Positions 36,876-49,399 of a stretch of DNA of 64,000 bases are shown here, one piece after another. Positions within the stretch are counted from its first letter, which is position 1. Every line of letters begins with the position of its first letter. Made by a program: the position numbers and the translations under genes. This DNA comes from Phyllobates terribilis (taxonomy: Eukaryota): contig NW_027362772.1 in NCBI RefSeq assembly GCF_046119375.1, positions 279,000,001-279,064,000 of the forward strand. Direction: 5' to 3'. The notes beneath the pieces are model-generated. The model had not been told where the DNA came from. It searched no databases and saw only the letters and a program-made list of their open reading frames with translations.

Positions 36876-38829
36876 CTTCCTCCCCGCTAGTGGACCGTGG
36901 CCTACCTTGCGATGATCCTGTTCCGTAGGCCGCGGCTCCGCAGTAGATCGTCAGGGTTGAGGACCTTCCGTCGCGCTCCGGTGACGTCGGCGTCTGCTGG
37001 GCTCCTTCCAGGACCTTACGCAACGTCCGGACGTGAGGCGGGGCTTCAGTTCTCGCGCGCTTTCGAAGTCCACGCCCCTCTTCTTCCCGCGCGGCGTCCT
37101 CAAGATGGCGTCCAACGGTGGGAAAACTCCACGGATGGCGGGAAGAAGGCCGAAGATGGCGCCGGATGGCGGGAAAACTTCGCGGATGGCGGGAAGAAGG
37201 CAGAAGATGGCGCCGGATGGCGGGAAACCTCACCACTGGTAAGTTTGAACAGTCTTTGCTTTTCAGGCACGCAGTACCCGGTGGTTGCGGGCACGAAATC
37301 CTGCCGACTACGCCAAAGTTGACGCGCCCCTGGGCCTGCTGTGTCGCGCAGCGTCTCGCGCACGGGGGCTTACCCGGAACCGGATCAGATGAGGGTTGTA
37401 GTCTCCGAGTGGCGGGGACCCGGTCCGTGCCCAGGGGGTCAGACTCAGTGTGTGGCAGTCTTGATAGATGTTATTTGAGTGTCGACTACGCCACCCGTTG
37501 ATTTGCAGCTATGGAGCTGCCGCTGCAGGGCAGACCGCTGAGGCCGGTGTAGAATTGTGCAGCGTGATAGTATAACCCCCAACGGGAGGGGTATGGCCTC
37601 AGGGCAGCCGACGTGGAAGATGGGGGTAGCAGGAACCACTCAGAGACGGTGCGGTGTAATTCAGGGTCTTTACTGGTAACAACGATAGACCCTCCCGGAG
37701 TACTTGCTAGCGAACGGGGCCTGGTCAGTCCTTGAGCAGATGGGATCTCCCCTGGCCAGGCGGAGTTGTAGGCCTCCCAAACTGACTGTACTCTTCTGGC
37801 TACCTTGCTAGAAGCGGATATAAGTAGCCCACGTCCCTGAGTGTACCGTGTGGTGCTCACCCGTATGGCCGGTGACTCGGGGCCTTCTATTGGCTTCCGC
37901 TCCACGATGGCAGTGCTGGTCCCACACGTGTGACCGTGCCTTCGGGTTTCTGGGCCTGAGGACCTGAAATCCCCTGCCGGTCGGCTTCTGCTGCTGGGTA
38001 AGAGTTAGTCCCCACAGCCTCGGACGCCGGGTCCGGTAAGAAAGCTTCTCAGTCAGGGCGAGCTCTGCAGCTGCCAGCCCCTGACTCGTAGTAGTATTGC
38101 TCCCACTGAGCTCCAGCTGTTTCTTCCTATGACTGTCTCTTGTCTCTACTCTCCTTGACTCCTAACCCTGCTTCAGCCCCGGGTTTATATAGGGGAAGTT
38201 CTTCCCCTCCCAAGACTGGGCAGGAGGTGTGGCATGCACAGGATCCCTGACCAAAGGACCTCCCACCTGCTCTCAGACATAACATCTCTATCACTGTGGC
38301 AACCAGACCCCTGGGGTGTCACATTGGGACCCGGACCTGTCCCTGCCACACTAGGGGAGCCCTGACTTTCCCTTATCTCAGGGGTACCTCTGAAGATGAG
38401 GAGGCCCGAGCCGCCAGTGTCTCCCTATCTCCTGCACAGGCCCTGTCAGTGACCCCCTATCCCCCAGGGAAGAAGACAGTACAATTAGGATGTTACTGTA
38501 ACAAGACAGGGAAAACAGACAGGGTAAACTGAAATGGCAAGCTCACCAAAAATACACTCACAGCCACAAGGGAAAACACAGGGAAAGCAGCAAGCAGCAA
38601 TCCCAAGGTAAACTTCCAACTACTCCAGACAACAGACTCCTTCTCCTCACTCCAGGTTAAGCAGAATGAACTGAACACCAACATCAGCTGAAGGGACATG
38701 TGACTATTTTTAGGGTGGAGCAAGAGATCACCAAGTTTAGCAAGGAAAGCTGACATTAACCCCTGATTGCCCAAAGGAAAAAACAGCATTTAAACAGCAA
38801 AATGACAGGGCCGTCACGAATCATTTAAT

Positions 38830-39785
38830 ACTTTGTGACATCTCCCAATAGGGACAATCCCTTTATGGAAGAATATCCTCTTGTGCAATTGTCCTAGTGA
38901 CCATTTTGAGGTGGCTTGGACAAAAGGAATTTACCAGAGCAACAAGTTGTAAATTTATTATTTGGGGTGTCATTTTTTGGGGATTGAAACGAATAAAATT
39001 TTTTAATTTATTAGCATTTTACTAGACTGTATACATTCGGCACAATGAATGCTTAACCATGGTGGTCAATACAAAGACCAGCACATGATTTATTCTTTGC
39101 AAGAACCTTACAAAGAACCAGTTGACTTTTGTATGTGTGGAAGAAAGTTGAGTTAGACATTTATATAGGAAAGGGTTCTTTACAGTTAGAGCTAGAGTAG
39201 AATGCCCTACCGCAAGAGGTAGTAATGGCAAATACTATGTCATCATTAAAGTCAACTTGTAATCTGATCATTGCTTTCCAGAACACGGGCAGCATGAATC
39301 AGAACCTGGATGAACAATTGCAACGACGTATATTTTTCTCTGAAAGTCTCCTGTGTTTTAGATCATGTGGGGACCATAGACGGAGATCAGACTAGTCCGG
39401 CTCTGTCCCCGACCGGCTCATCCCAGCGCCACTCTCGCTATGGGAGAGACCTATAAATCATCTCCAGCAGCGCTGGGAAGAGCCTGTCAAGGGCAGAGCC
39501 AGACTAGTTTAATCTCTGCCTATGGTCTCCGGAGAGATTTTAAAGTATATTTTCTCTGAAATGCCATAGTGTTTCAGAGAAAAATGTACCTGACTACAAT
39601 TATAAAAACCACAAGCATCATGAACCAGGTGACAGGTTCCCTTTAGAAGAGGGCTGGATGTTTAACTCCTAACTAATGGTATTGAGAGTTATCTATCTAC
39701 TGGCAAATAATGTATCATTGATCGAAAAAAGTTGAACTTGATGGACCTATGTCCGTGTCCGTCTTCAACCTATAAAACTATGTAA
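38830..39785 (+). mobile_element. CR1-type LINE 3' remnants (38830-39240 and 39640-39785, with another repeat between)
   Basis: Terminus GATCGAAAAAAGTTGAACTTGATGGACCTATG...TTCAACCTATAAAACTATGTAA. 39020-39230 is inverted-similar to 2900-3100. Confidence 0.45.
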
Positions 39786-39798
39786 AAATAAGACTTAC

Positions 39799-39949
39799 CT
39801 TTAGTGAACGTTTCATGTAGATTTTGTAATACAAAATCTGTAAACTCTCCTAAAAGAATTCCTTCTCCAGCCGCATAGGATGTCTGTAAGTAATCTCTGG
39901 GGATAAATTCATCAGTGTAGGCATGCTGGGGAGTAAAAGTGGCGGCCAT
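39799..39949 (-). CDS. NNMT-like: NNMT/INMT-family N-methyltransferase, coding exon 1 (151 bp)
   Basis: ATCATCATGG start; MAATFTPQHAYTDEFIPRDYLQTSY...; donor AG|GTAAGT. The three exons total 789 nt = 262 aa plus stop, with no disruption. Confidence 0.93.
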
Positions 39950-40454
39950 GATGATCTCTCCCCGGCACCGTCCTCGGATTATCTGTTAGATACTTCAGAA
40001 ATAAGCCTGAATGTAAAATGAACTCTTTAACATAAACAAATTACTCTATATACATTTGGGGGTAATTTTTCCATCCATAGGACTGCATGCTTTATATTTC
40101 AGCAGATTACAAAAATACACACTGCATAACAATTGGAAGGAGGGCCCGCCGACACCAGCGACTATTTCAGCTAGATATAAGTCTGAGGACGCATATTCAG
40201 CTGAAATTACGGCACAGAGACCTGCTGGGTCCCTACACCACAATACATGCTGCCGGACAATCAGAGGCCAGCAGTTGATGTCGGCGATCCTGGCATTGGC
40301 GTCGCATGACAGTGACGTCATATGTCACCATAGCAGGTACACTGCCAGCCTCTATGATGGCTATAAAAGAAAATGCCACATGTCGTGAAAGTGAAGGAAG
40401 GTGATAAAAAAAAATTGGTTTTGTTTTGTTTTGTTTTATGCAGAGGCAGAACAG

Positions 40455-40716
40455 GAGACATATATAGCAAGAAAGGGAGCAGGATGGGTCACATATGTAA
40501 CAGGATGGGGGACATATATACCAGGAACGTGCCAAGGATGGGGAATATATATACCAGGAAGGGGAACATATATACCAGGATGGGGACAAATATACCAGGA
40601 TGGGTAACATATATACCAGGATGGGGGATATAGATACCAGGATGGAGAACATATATACCAGGATGGAGAACATATATACCAGGATAGGGAACAAATATAC
40701 CAGGAAAGGGGACATA
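40455..40716. repeat. GGACATATATACCAGGA minisatellite
   Basis: About 12 tandem ~21-bp units. Confidence 0.8.
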
Positions 40717-40721
40717 TAAAC

Positions 40722-42029
40722 TGTCAGGGAAATATTGAGAAATATTGAAAATGTCCTTTCTCCCCCTGTCACAGCTAATAAGAAGTCTTTCCCCCCTCAC
40801 CCTTCCCTTATTCACCACTTGTCAGCACAAGAGCTGTCTTCACATAAGTTTCAGCGCAAAACGCCAATTAGCACACCCATGAGTAAGGCCTTGTACACAA
40901 ATGCTGGCGAGATAGGTGTCACCAACCTAATTCAAATGCGAGGGTCTTTCCCACCTGGAAAAAGCAGAGGATGATAAGACGCAGGCTTGCGATAATTTAT
41001 GTGTAAGTGTTGAAGCTTGCTTCCCGAGCTTCAAAAGGAAATCTATTGTCAAGCCAGCACTGATATGGAATATGGAATATTGTAAGTTCCATAATTCCGA
41101 TTATGATGGGACCTATATTTTTAGTGGCGGGGACAGCCAAGGATCGATATGCTTATTTTCCCATAGCTGTAAACCCCTCCGTGGAGCTGTAGCGCAAAAG
41201 CACCAGAATAAGGGTTCGCAAATATTCCATGTATGGTCTCTAAATGAAGGTAAAATTATAACGGAAAATATGGCGTCGTTTGCAAGCTTCTGCGGTCAAC
41301 AAGCGATAAGTTATCCCGGAAGTTAGCGTTTTTAATAAAAACATGAAGGGTGGAGCCCAGCCCCTGTGATGTCAGCACAGGGGGGTGGTGGCAGGTCTCT
41401 CCCTTCAACATAAAATAGTCTGCTGAGGCTGGAGGAGCACTCATTGCCAGGGGGGTATAGATACTATAGCAACATGTCACGTTCGATAACTTTCAAATCA
41501 AATCGGGGACCCCCTCCTCCACCTATGCTGATTCGTCCCTGCGAACCGTATAGAGTAAGTTTCTCCTTTAATCCTTATTATTTTGTGTAACTGCTTATGA
41601 ATTGTATATCCTTTGTAAAATCTTGTATATTTTTCTTAAACACTGCCTCCCTTTTGGATTAAATATAAAATTTAATAGTTCTGTTTCTTTTGTCCTGTAA
41701 TCGCTCCCTCCCCCGAAGCCATACACTACCAGAACGCAGGCGTCCGACCAGGCCTGTATTATATTTCAAATCTGGCCGGTGGTGGCAGAGAATAATAATA
41801 ATTGGGCTATCGTGAATCAGACAGTGACCGTAAGGGGCGTCTACACATATTCCATGCATTGGAATCCGGAGGTGTGACGCCATATGCTCACTGGTCGCTT
41901 GCCGGTACCTAAGTAGTGATTAGTCTGGATCGTGTGCTCGCGATTCCGGATGAAATCCGAGACACAGTGACGGCACGGTGAGATATTGCGTGATCTCCCC
42001 GGTGTCATCGCTGTGGAATACACCTGACA
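40722..42029. mobile_element. Probable old solo LTR (TGTCAGG...CCTGACA) splitting the minisatellite; may contain a second solo LTR at ~41081-41845
   Basis: Inverted 7-bp termini and an imperfect 5-bp TSD (TAAAC/TATAC). The inner segment runs TGTAAG...CTACA with AATAT/CATAT flanks. Confidence 0.45.
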
Positions 42030-44668
42030 TATACCAAGAAGGGCCCAGGATGTGACAGATATAACAGGATGGAGGACATATATACCTGGAAGGGTATTTT
42101 TTTAGCAATTATATTATCCCATTTTAAAATCAATATTGAATACATGGACAAAATATAGAATGTATCCTAAGTTACCAAATACCACCAGGACAATGGTACG
42201 GGCACTAGCAGTGTAAAATTATGGGCACTCGCCAAATGTGTAGATCAAGATGGAGATTGTAGGGTGTTAGCAGGTAAGTGTCATCTCTATGGGAGTCTGC
42301 AAGTTTTATACTGAATCAATCCTATAAGGGACTTCTACAATTCTGATGCAAAGATCAGTGCCAATAATCCAACACCTTTCCATAATGTTCTATCAAACAA
42401 ATAAACCCTACCTTCATATCATGTTATCCATTGTTTTCCCTAATGCGTTTTTATTGGATATCTCCACCAACTTCATCAGTGGCAACAAGGAAAAAGAATA
42501 ATTATGTAGAGTAATACTGACAAACAGGTGATTTAATGGCATAATTAAGATAAAGTAGAAACACAGAAAATATCACTTCTGTCTAGTTCTCTTTTTCCAA
42601 TTTTTACACCTCTGCCCCCCAATGAAGCGAGAATTGCAACTTTTGTGTGTTTTGGGGATTTTTTTTTAAAGTTTTATTGTTTTAATTAATATTATCCCTG
42701 AGTAAAGTTGATACATAAAGAAAAAAAGGAGTAACAAACACACAAATTTAATTTATAAACCCATCCCTGACTCCCATCTGCTCAGAGGCAAGAGAAAGGA
42801 GAAAACAAATCAATTAATTTTGTCCATGTTTCCAAAAACTTTTTGCTTATATTTTGTTTTGGGTTTTTTTGCTAAAAAATATTAGAACTTTGATCGCCGT
42901 GACTGATGGTAAAAAAAAGAACATTGCTGGACTTAATCCAGTTTTTAATAATCGTTACCATTGCAAATAGTAATAATAAATATTTTATGGTAGATCCTTA
43001 ACAAGCAGCTACTAAAAACTAGACACTGACCTCTGAAGTCTACTGACGTCTTGTCTCCACAGAGAAGTTCTTCAATCCGGCAGCCACTTCTGTGGGTATC
43101 AGGGGGTGGAGGAGTGACAGACATTTCCTCTACTCGTCTATATATTGGCGCTCCAGACTATTTCACAATCTAGTGATGCAGATAATGCTGGGCCCTAGCC
43201 TCAGGGGGCTTCTGTACTTTTTCATACTGGCAGAAGATAACATTAATCTATTGTGCTTCACCTACTGAACAAAACAATTTTTCAACCAAACCCTTTTTCT
43301 TACAACACATATCTAGTCTGCAATGCCATTATTGAGATTATAAGCAAATGCAAGGGTGCAGAAAAGATTCTGATTTCATCTAAACAGATAGTCTCTTGCC
43401 AAACATCGGCCGTCAGGGAAGGTGTCACTGACTGCAGGAGACATGTATCCCTACTGAGATTCAAGAGTTTCTCCACTACTGTTATATTGATGACACATCC
43501 TTAGGATAAGTCATCAATATCAGATCATTGGGGGTCAAACACCTGGCAACTCAACCAATCAGCTCAGGCAGCGGCCAATCCAAGCAGCTCTTCTCGCTCC
43601 GGGGGACCTCATATTTAAATGAATAGGAGGTGATCTGCAGTTTATGTCATCAATATCAAATAGTAGACAACCCCTCTAATTCCCATAAAGGTTTAGTTCC
43701 CAGCAGCCATTGATAATTATTAAAGGGACTAAGCCAGTTTAAGTGTTAAAGTGACCCCCTGACCTTAGTTTTTGGCTGGAATCTTATGGCACAGACAAAT
43801 GTCCCAAGCACAGTGCCGCCAACTTTTCCACTGCTGCATCGAAAGAAGCTAAAAACAAATGGGTCTGTGCGTGACCATGAGTGTGTAAATTACATATGAG
43901 CAGTCACATGAGGACCGTAGGAGCTGAGAAAAAAAAAGAAAACCTAACAGAACGTATTAGACTCCCGGATTAATTTAATACCAGACGTAGAAAAACCCTT
44001 TAGACTGTAACCACCAAGCTCTATGACTCCAATCAGAAGTGTAAAGTTCAAGTTGCCTCAAGCTGAATACCCGAGCTTTAGCTATACCTTGTCATGTCTG
44101 TGTTTGCCACTATTCCATCTTTATGTAGGTGTTTTTGACCAAAGGGTCATGCAAAAAAACTGACTTTCCTACACATTGACCTTACTGATGTAGGAGATTT
44201 CGACTGCACCAAAGCAACTTTCATAGTCTACCTTTTCCACACCATGCCCTTCCTATATACCACACACTGAGGTGCACCAGTAACTTAACCGAAAAACTGA
44301 TCTGCATCACCTTGAGAATTTCAGGCTGCTGCACCCTACTTCTTACAATTTTTGGACCACTTTTTGACAATGTAAGAATAAAAGTGAACTAGACGCCATT
44401 ACTAAAATTCTTCAAGGACGCCACAAGTTGGTGTCTGACGATACATCTTGTCTTCAACAGATCATAACAGCAAAAGGTCACTCTACTAAGTACTAAAAAC
44501 TCTTGTCTATAAAGGGGATTGTTTCACGGGATGCTACTACATCTAAAGTAGTCACCTAACATAATCTACTCTGCTACAATGCTGGTCTCTGCTACATTGT
44601 ATCAATGAATCACCTGAGCTACTCAACTCCTCTACGCTGCTGAGCCCTGCTACATCACAATAATGAGT

Positions 44669-45842
44669 TGTGACGCTCTCAGCCCTCACCCTGGGAAGTG
44701 GGTTTACTCAGAGCCGGGTCAGTTGTTGGGGGGGGTTGCAGTCGTGGCCCGGACCCGGTCCGTGCCCAGGGCGGTCACATAAAAGATTTAATGGGCTTTG
44801 AGTGGTAATTTTCCGACTACGCCACCTACGGTTTCCGGTGATGGACACCAGCGCTGTCTCAGTCCACTGAGGCCGGTGTTACGGACAGCTAAGATGGGAC
44901 GGCTCCCCGCAGGCGGAGCAGGCCTCAGGGCAGTGTGAGGAAGGATGGTGGGTCCAGTGCCACGCAGTAAATAACAGGCTGAAGCGGGGTGTGAAGTCAT
45001 CCAGGGTTTTTACTCACATTAAAATGAACTTTAGCCGCAAAGCTTCCCTCTGCTCCTCGCGGCGTGCTGCGGCCACCAGGAAGGGGGTCCAGCACTTTCC
45101 AGATAGATCAGGAGCACCTGTCAAGACCCCGTTGGTGTGTTCCTCTCCTTCTCCCTCACTTTCTCCTTCTCCTCCCGCTTGTGTCCCCCCTCCGGGATCC
45201 ACTAAGCCGCTGGGCTTTCCAACAGTGACGTGAAGTACACAGTCAGATATCGGGGGCCGGTCACCCCTCTTGCAGCAGGAGTTCCTCTGGCTTGGCCAGA
45301 GTGAAGAAATACAGGTGGCGTATGCCGCTCCGTCCGTATCCCCCAGGGATCCTTTTGCCTGTGGAGCTTGTCTCCTCTACTCCCCTCCAGGCCTTCTTAG
45401 GTAGGGACCTTGACCAGGTAGAGACAGTGGTTAACTCAGACCCGCTCCTTGTCTCAAGGCCAGAGCACGAGGACCGTGTATCTCCAATCAGCTGCAGGTT
45501 CTAACAGAAAGCCACGTTCAGTGATGAAGATCACAATCAAAAGACCTTGAACCTAAGATGGCCGTTAGTTAAATATGATGCTATTAGTGCATCCTAAAAG
45601 TGTGTCCTCCACCCTCACCCACTACATGGTTCCCCCTATCTTTGGTTCCCCCCCATCTCCTCTATCCCGGGACGGGGCAGCACCCTGGTGCATCTAGGCC
45701 CCCTACAGGACAGGAGTGGTGCAGTGTTGGGTGGTGAAGTAGGGTCCTGAGAAGTGCTCCATCCTTACCTGGAAGAGGAGATACCACACCTCTAGCTGAG
45801 GTGCAGTACCCCTGTGGCGACTGAACCCTCAGGGGCGCCACA
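44669..45842 (-). mobile_element. Solo LTR of the tRNA-Ser Gypsy clade
   Basis: TGTGACG...GCGCCACA, perfect TSD GAGT, internal CCGACTACGCCA at 44813-44824. It interrupts a short CTGCTACAT-type repeat. Confidence 0.88.
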
Positions 45843-48418
45843 GAGTCATCTCTGCTACATCACTACATTGGATCTCCTACCTACTCAACTCTGCTATATC
45901 GCTGGGCTCTACTACAGTGAGTCCCTTAAACTACTCAACTCTGCTACATTGCTGGGCTCTGCTACATTGCTACAGGTGTGAAGGAGGAGAGGTGCAAACA
46001 AGAGGGACCTGAAGGCCTCTCTCTGCCACATAAGAAGATACAAGTTTTATGAAAGGCACATTTTGCAATTAGGCCCAGAAGCTTTAAATCAAATGTCCAA
46101 CTACTATACTAGACTGAACAGAGAATTTTCTATAAGTTGGATGAATTTATTTAAATACTTTTATGAAATCACAGCCAAAATTCATTGTCTTAGTTTGGAC
46201 ACATTTATGAAATATGTTGGAACTGTAACAAGTTCTTAATATTTTTTAAGACAAATGCATACCCCTGGAAATGTCATTTTAACATTTTACAACCTTATCT
46301 GGCCATGTGGTGTGTGACACATTATCAGATACATCCTGTTTCATTTATGATGGAGGGACTCTAAAAGTCACAAAGCCTATTTTTATAGGGCCATCAGGCA
46401 GACTTACTATTCTTAAAAGGCCAGCAGTCGGCCTTCGCTATTGTTAGAGAGCCATCAGCCGGCTATGCTTTGTTGTTCCCATTATTAACGAGTGGGTCTC
46501 CTATACTGTTATTGCGTATGCAGTGATTGCAAGGGCTGCCAAAAATTCGGACGCAACCCAATACCCCTTTGAAGAGACATAGAGGAAGGTCTTAGTAAAA
46601 AAAATGTTCCCATTATAAAGGAGCGGATCTATTATAGTGGTAATGCCCATGCTGTGACTGCAAAACCCCACTAAGAATTTAAAGACACATAGAGCAGGGG
46701 CACAGTAACAAGTACGACATGTTCCCATTAGAAAGGAGCGGGTGTGCTATACAGTTATAGGGTATGCAGTGAGTCCAACGGCTGACCAAATTTAGGAAAA
46801 ACTCCACTAAGAATTTAAAGACACATAGAGCAGGGCCACAGTAACGAGAAATTCCCATTAGAAAGGAGAGGGTCTCCCATAGTGTTGGCCTATGCAGTGA
46901 ATGCAAGGGCTGCCAAAAATTGGGAGACACTTCAATGCTCCTTGGAAGAGACTTAGAGAGCCTCATAAAAAAATATTCCCATTAGAAAGGAGCGGTTCTC
47001 CTATACTTGTAATGCCCATGCGCTAAGTGTATGTGTGGCACCCCAGGGGTCTGGTTTTCCACAGTAATGTAATGTTATGTCTGAGAGCAGGTGGGAGGTC
47101 CTTTGGTCAGGGATCCTGTGCATGCCACACCTCCTGCCCAGTCTTGGGAGGGGAAGAACTTCCCCTGTATAAACCCGGGGCTGAGGCAGGGTGAGTCAGA
47201 CAAGGAGAGTGGAGAAGAGAAGCAGCATAGGAAACAGCAGAGTTACTAGGAGTCAGGGGCTGGCAGCTACAGAGCTCGCCCTGACTAAGAAGATTCTTTA
47301 CCGGACCCGGAGTCCGAGGCTGTGGGGACTAACTCCTACCCAGCAGCAGAATCCGTCGGGCAGGGGATTTCAGGTCCTCTGGCCCAGAAGCCCGAAGGCA
47401 CGGTCACACGCGTGGGACCAGCACCGCCATCGTGGAGCGGAAGCCATTAGAAGGCCCCGAGTCACCGGCCATACGGGTGAGCACCACACGGTACACTCAG
47501 GGACGTGGGCTACTTACATCAGCTTCTAGCAAGGTAGCCAGAAGAGTACAGTCAGTTTGGGAGGCCTACAACTACGCCTGGCCAGGGGAGATCCCATCTG
47601 CTCAAAGACTGACCAGGCCCCGTTTGCTAGCAAGTACTCCGGGAGGGTCTGTCGTTGTTACCAGTAAAGACCCTGAACTACACCGTACCGTCTCTGAGTG
47701 GTTCCTGCTACCCCCATCATCCACGTCGGCTGCCCTGAGGCCATACCCCTCCCGTTGGGGGTTATACTATCACGCTGCACAATCCCACCATCGGCCTCAG
47801 CGGTCTGCCCTGCAGCAGCAGCCCCCTGGCTGCACTCAACGGGTGGCGTAGTCATCAACCATTTACTACTAATGGACTGCCGTCTAGTTTGACTCCCTGG
47901 GCACGGACCGGGTCACCGCCACGAGACTACAACCCTCCACAGATCCGGCTCCGGGTAAGCTCCCGCATGCGCAGCGCAGCGCGACACAGGCCCAGGGGCG
48001 CGTCAACTTTGGCGTAGTCGGCAGGATTTCGTGCCCGCAACCACCGGGTACTGCGTGCCTGAAAAGCAAAGACTGTTCAAACTTACCAGTGGTGAAGATT
48101 CCCGCCATCCGCGAAGTTTTCCCGCCATCCGGCGCCATCTTCGACCTTCTTCCCGCCATCCGTGGAGTTTTCCCGCCATTGGACGCCATCTTGAGGACGC
48201 CGCGCGGGAAGAAGAGGGGCGTGGACTCCGAAAGCGCGCGAGAACTGAAGCCCCGCCTCACGTCCGGACGTTGCGTAAGGTCCTGGAAGGAGCCCAGCAG
48301 ACGCCGACGTCACAGGAGCGCGACGGAAGGTCCTCAACCCTGACGATCCACTGCGGAGCCGCGGCCTACGGAAGAGGATCATCGCAAGGTAGGCCACGGT
48401 CCACTAGGGGGGAGGAAG

Positions 48419-49399
48419 ATGTCGGATACGGAGGAGAGCTTCACTGCCCCAACCCCCGCCAGCGCTACCGCTGCTGCAGTTATGCCCTTCACCATGCCCT
48501 ATATCCCGGGAGCAGCTTGGCTACCCCAGTACTCAGGGGAGTCACATACCCTGCATGACTTTAGAGAAAAGCTGGATAGCCTCTTCCAGGTGTACCCCCT
48601 CACAGAAGAGCAAAAAGTGAGCATCCTGGTGGCCCAACTAACCGGGGCAGCCAAAAGGGAAGTAAAATCCTGGCCACCTGGGAGGAAGACTGTCGCAGGG
48701 ATACTAACCCGGCTGAAGGACACCTTTAATACCCGCACCTCAGCCGAGATTAAGCTTAGATTCTACGGGTGCAAGCAGCGAGCGCATGAGAGTATAAGGG
48801 ACTATGCACTAAACCTACAAGAGGCCCTGAGGGCCATAAAGCAGACCGACCCTGATGGGGTGGGAAACGAGGACAGGCTGTTGACTGAACAATTTATAGA
48901 GGGTTTATATTGCAATGCCCACCGAACCCAGTTGCGGGCAATGGCCTTACAGGATCCCCATCTGGACTTTGCACAGTTCAAGGACAGAGCCATCCGGGTG
49001 CTCCGAGAACCGGCACCAGGTGGCGTTGTGACCCACAGACGCCCCACTACCACTTACTACCAGGAGGCGGCGCCCTTGTCAGCAGGGCCTGTGGGAGCTG
49101 ATGCGCAGGCTTTGGACAATGACCCGGCTCCAGACCTACACCATCAGGTCCAAGAGCTAGCTAAGAGCGTTGCTGCGCTAACCCGAACTGTGCAGTCTTT
49201 ACAGGTTTCCACCCCAGGGAAGATCCAGCTGGCATCCGGACCGGAGGACATCCCGTGGCGTCGACCAAGGAGGACCCCACCGGCCAGAGGAAGACCCAGT
49301 GACCGATACAGCGAGGACGGACGACCCATCTGCCGCCGCTGCAATCAACCCGGACATATGGAAAGGTACTGTTCTTTAAACGGGCACAACCTGGGGTAG
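48419..49399 (+). CDS. Gag of element C, 326 aa, with a CCHC knuckle
   Basis: Intact ORF ending CRRCNQPGHMERYC. Confidence 0.93.
   Translation: MSDTEESFTAPTPASATAAAVMPFTMPYIPGAAWLPQYSGESHTLHDFREKLDSLFQVYPLTEEQKVSILVAQLTGAAKREVKSWPPGRKTVAGILTRLKDTFNTRTSAEIKLRFYGCKQRAHESIRDYALNLQEALRAIKQTDPDGVGNEDRLLTEQFIEGLYCNAHRTQLRAMALQDPHLDFAQFKDRAIRVLREPAPGGVVTHRRPTTTYYQEAAPLSAGPVGADAQALDNDPAPDLHHQVQELAKSVAALTRTVQSLQVSTPGKIQLASGPEDIPWRRPRRTPPARGRPSDRYSEDGRPICRRCNQPGHMERYCSLNGHNLG

Larger units (their letters stand above)
30419..38323 (-). mobile_element. Full-length Gypsy element B in intron 1 of the NNMT-like gene, same orientation as the gene
   Basis: 1004-bp LTRs at 30419-31422 and 37320-38323, with at least 3 differences. 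TSD TTGG. PBS 37298-37315 (tRNA-Ser AGA-type). PPT at 31423-31433. Confidence 0.97.

Noticed and set aside
37298-37315. tRNA-Ser-like 18-mers as tRNA genes
   Set aside because: Only the 3'-terminal 18 nt including CCA are present, next to LTRs. These are primer binding sites.
30375-38818. Older LTR (TGTCACACC...CCGTCACG) apparently hosting element B
   Set aside because: The termini are imperfect and there is no matching TSD, so it is not supported well enough to annotate.
39950-39990. Possible splice acceptor (CTAACAG) 33 nt upstream of the NNMT-like ATG, implying a non-coding first exon
   Set aside because: Plausible, but no upstream exon or promoter could be identified from sequence alone.
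42100-44540. Possible additional exons or a second gene
   Set aside because: The short ORFs show no recognisable homology and no consistent splice pattern.
47432-47851. 139-aa ORF inside the LTRs of B and C (four copies)
   Set aside because: GTG start and no recognisable domain. Recurrence is explained by LTR duplication and the close relationship of B and C.
48031-48558. 175-aa ORF upstream of and overlapping gag (similar frames in B)
   Set aside because: It arises from GC-rich CCCGCCAT leader repeats, differs in extent between B and C, and has no domain signal.
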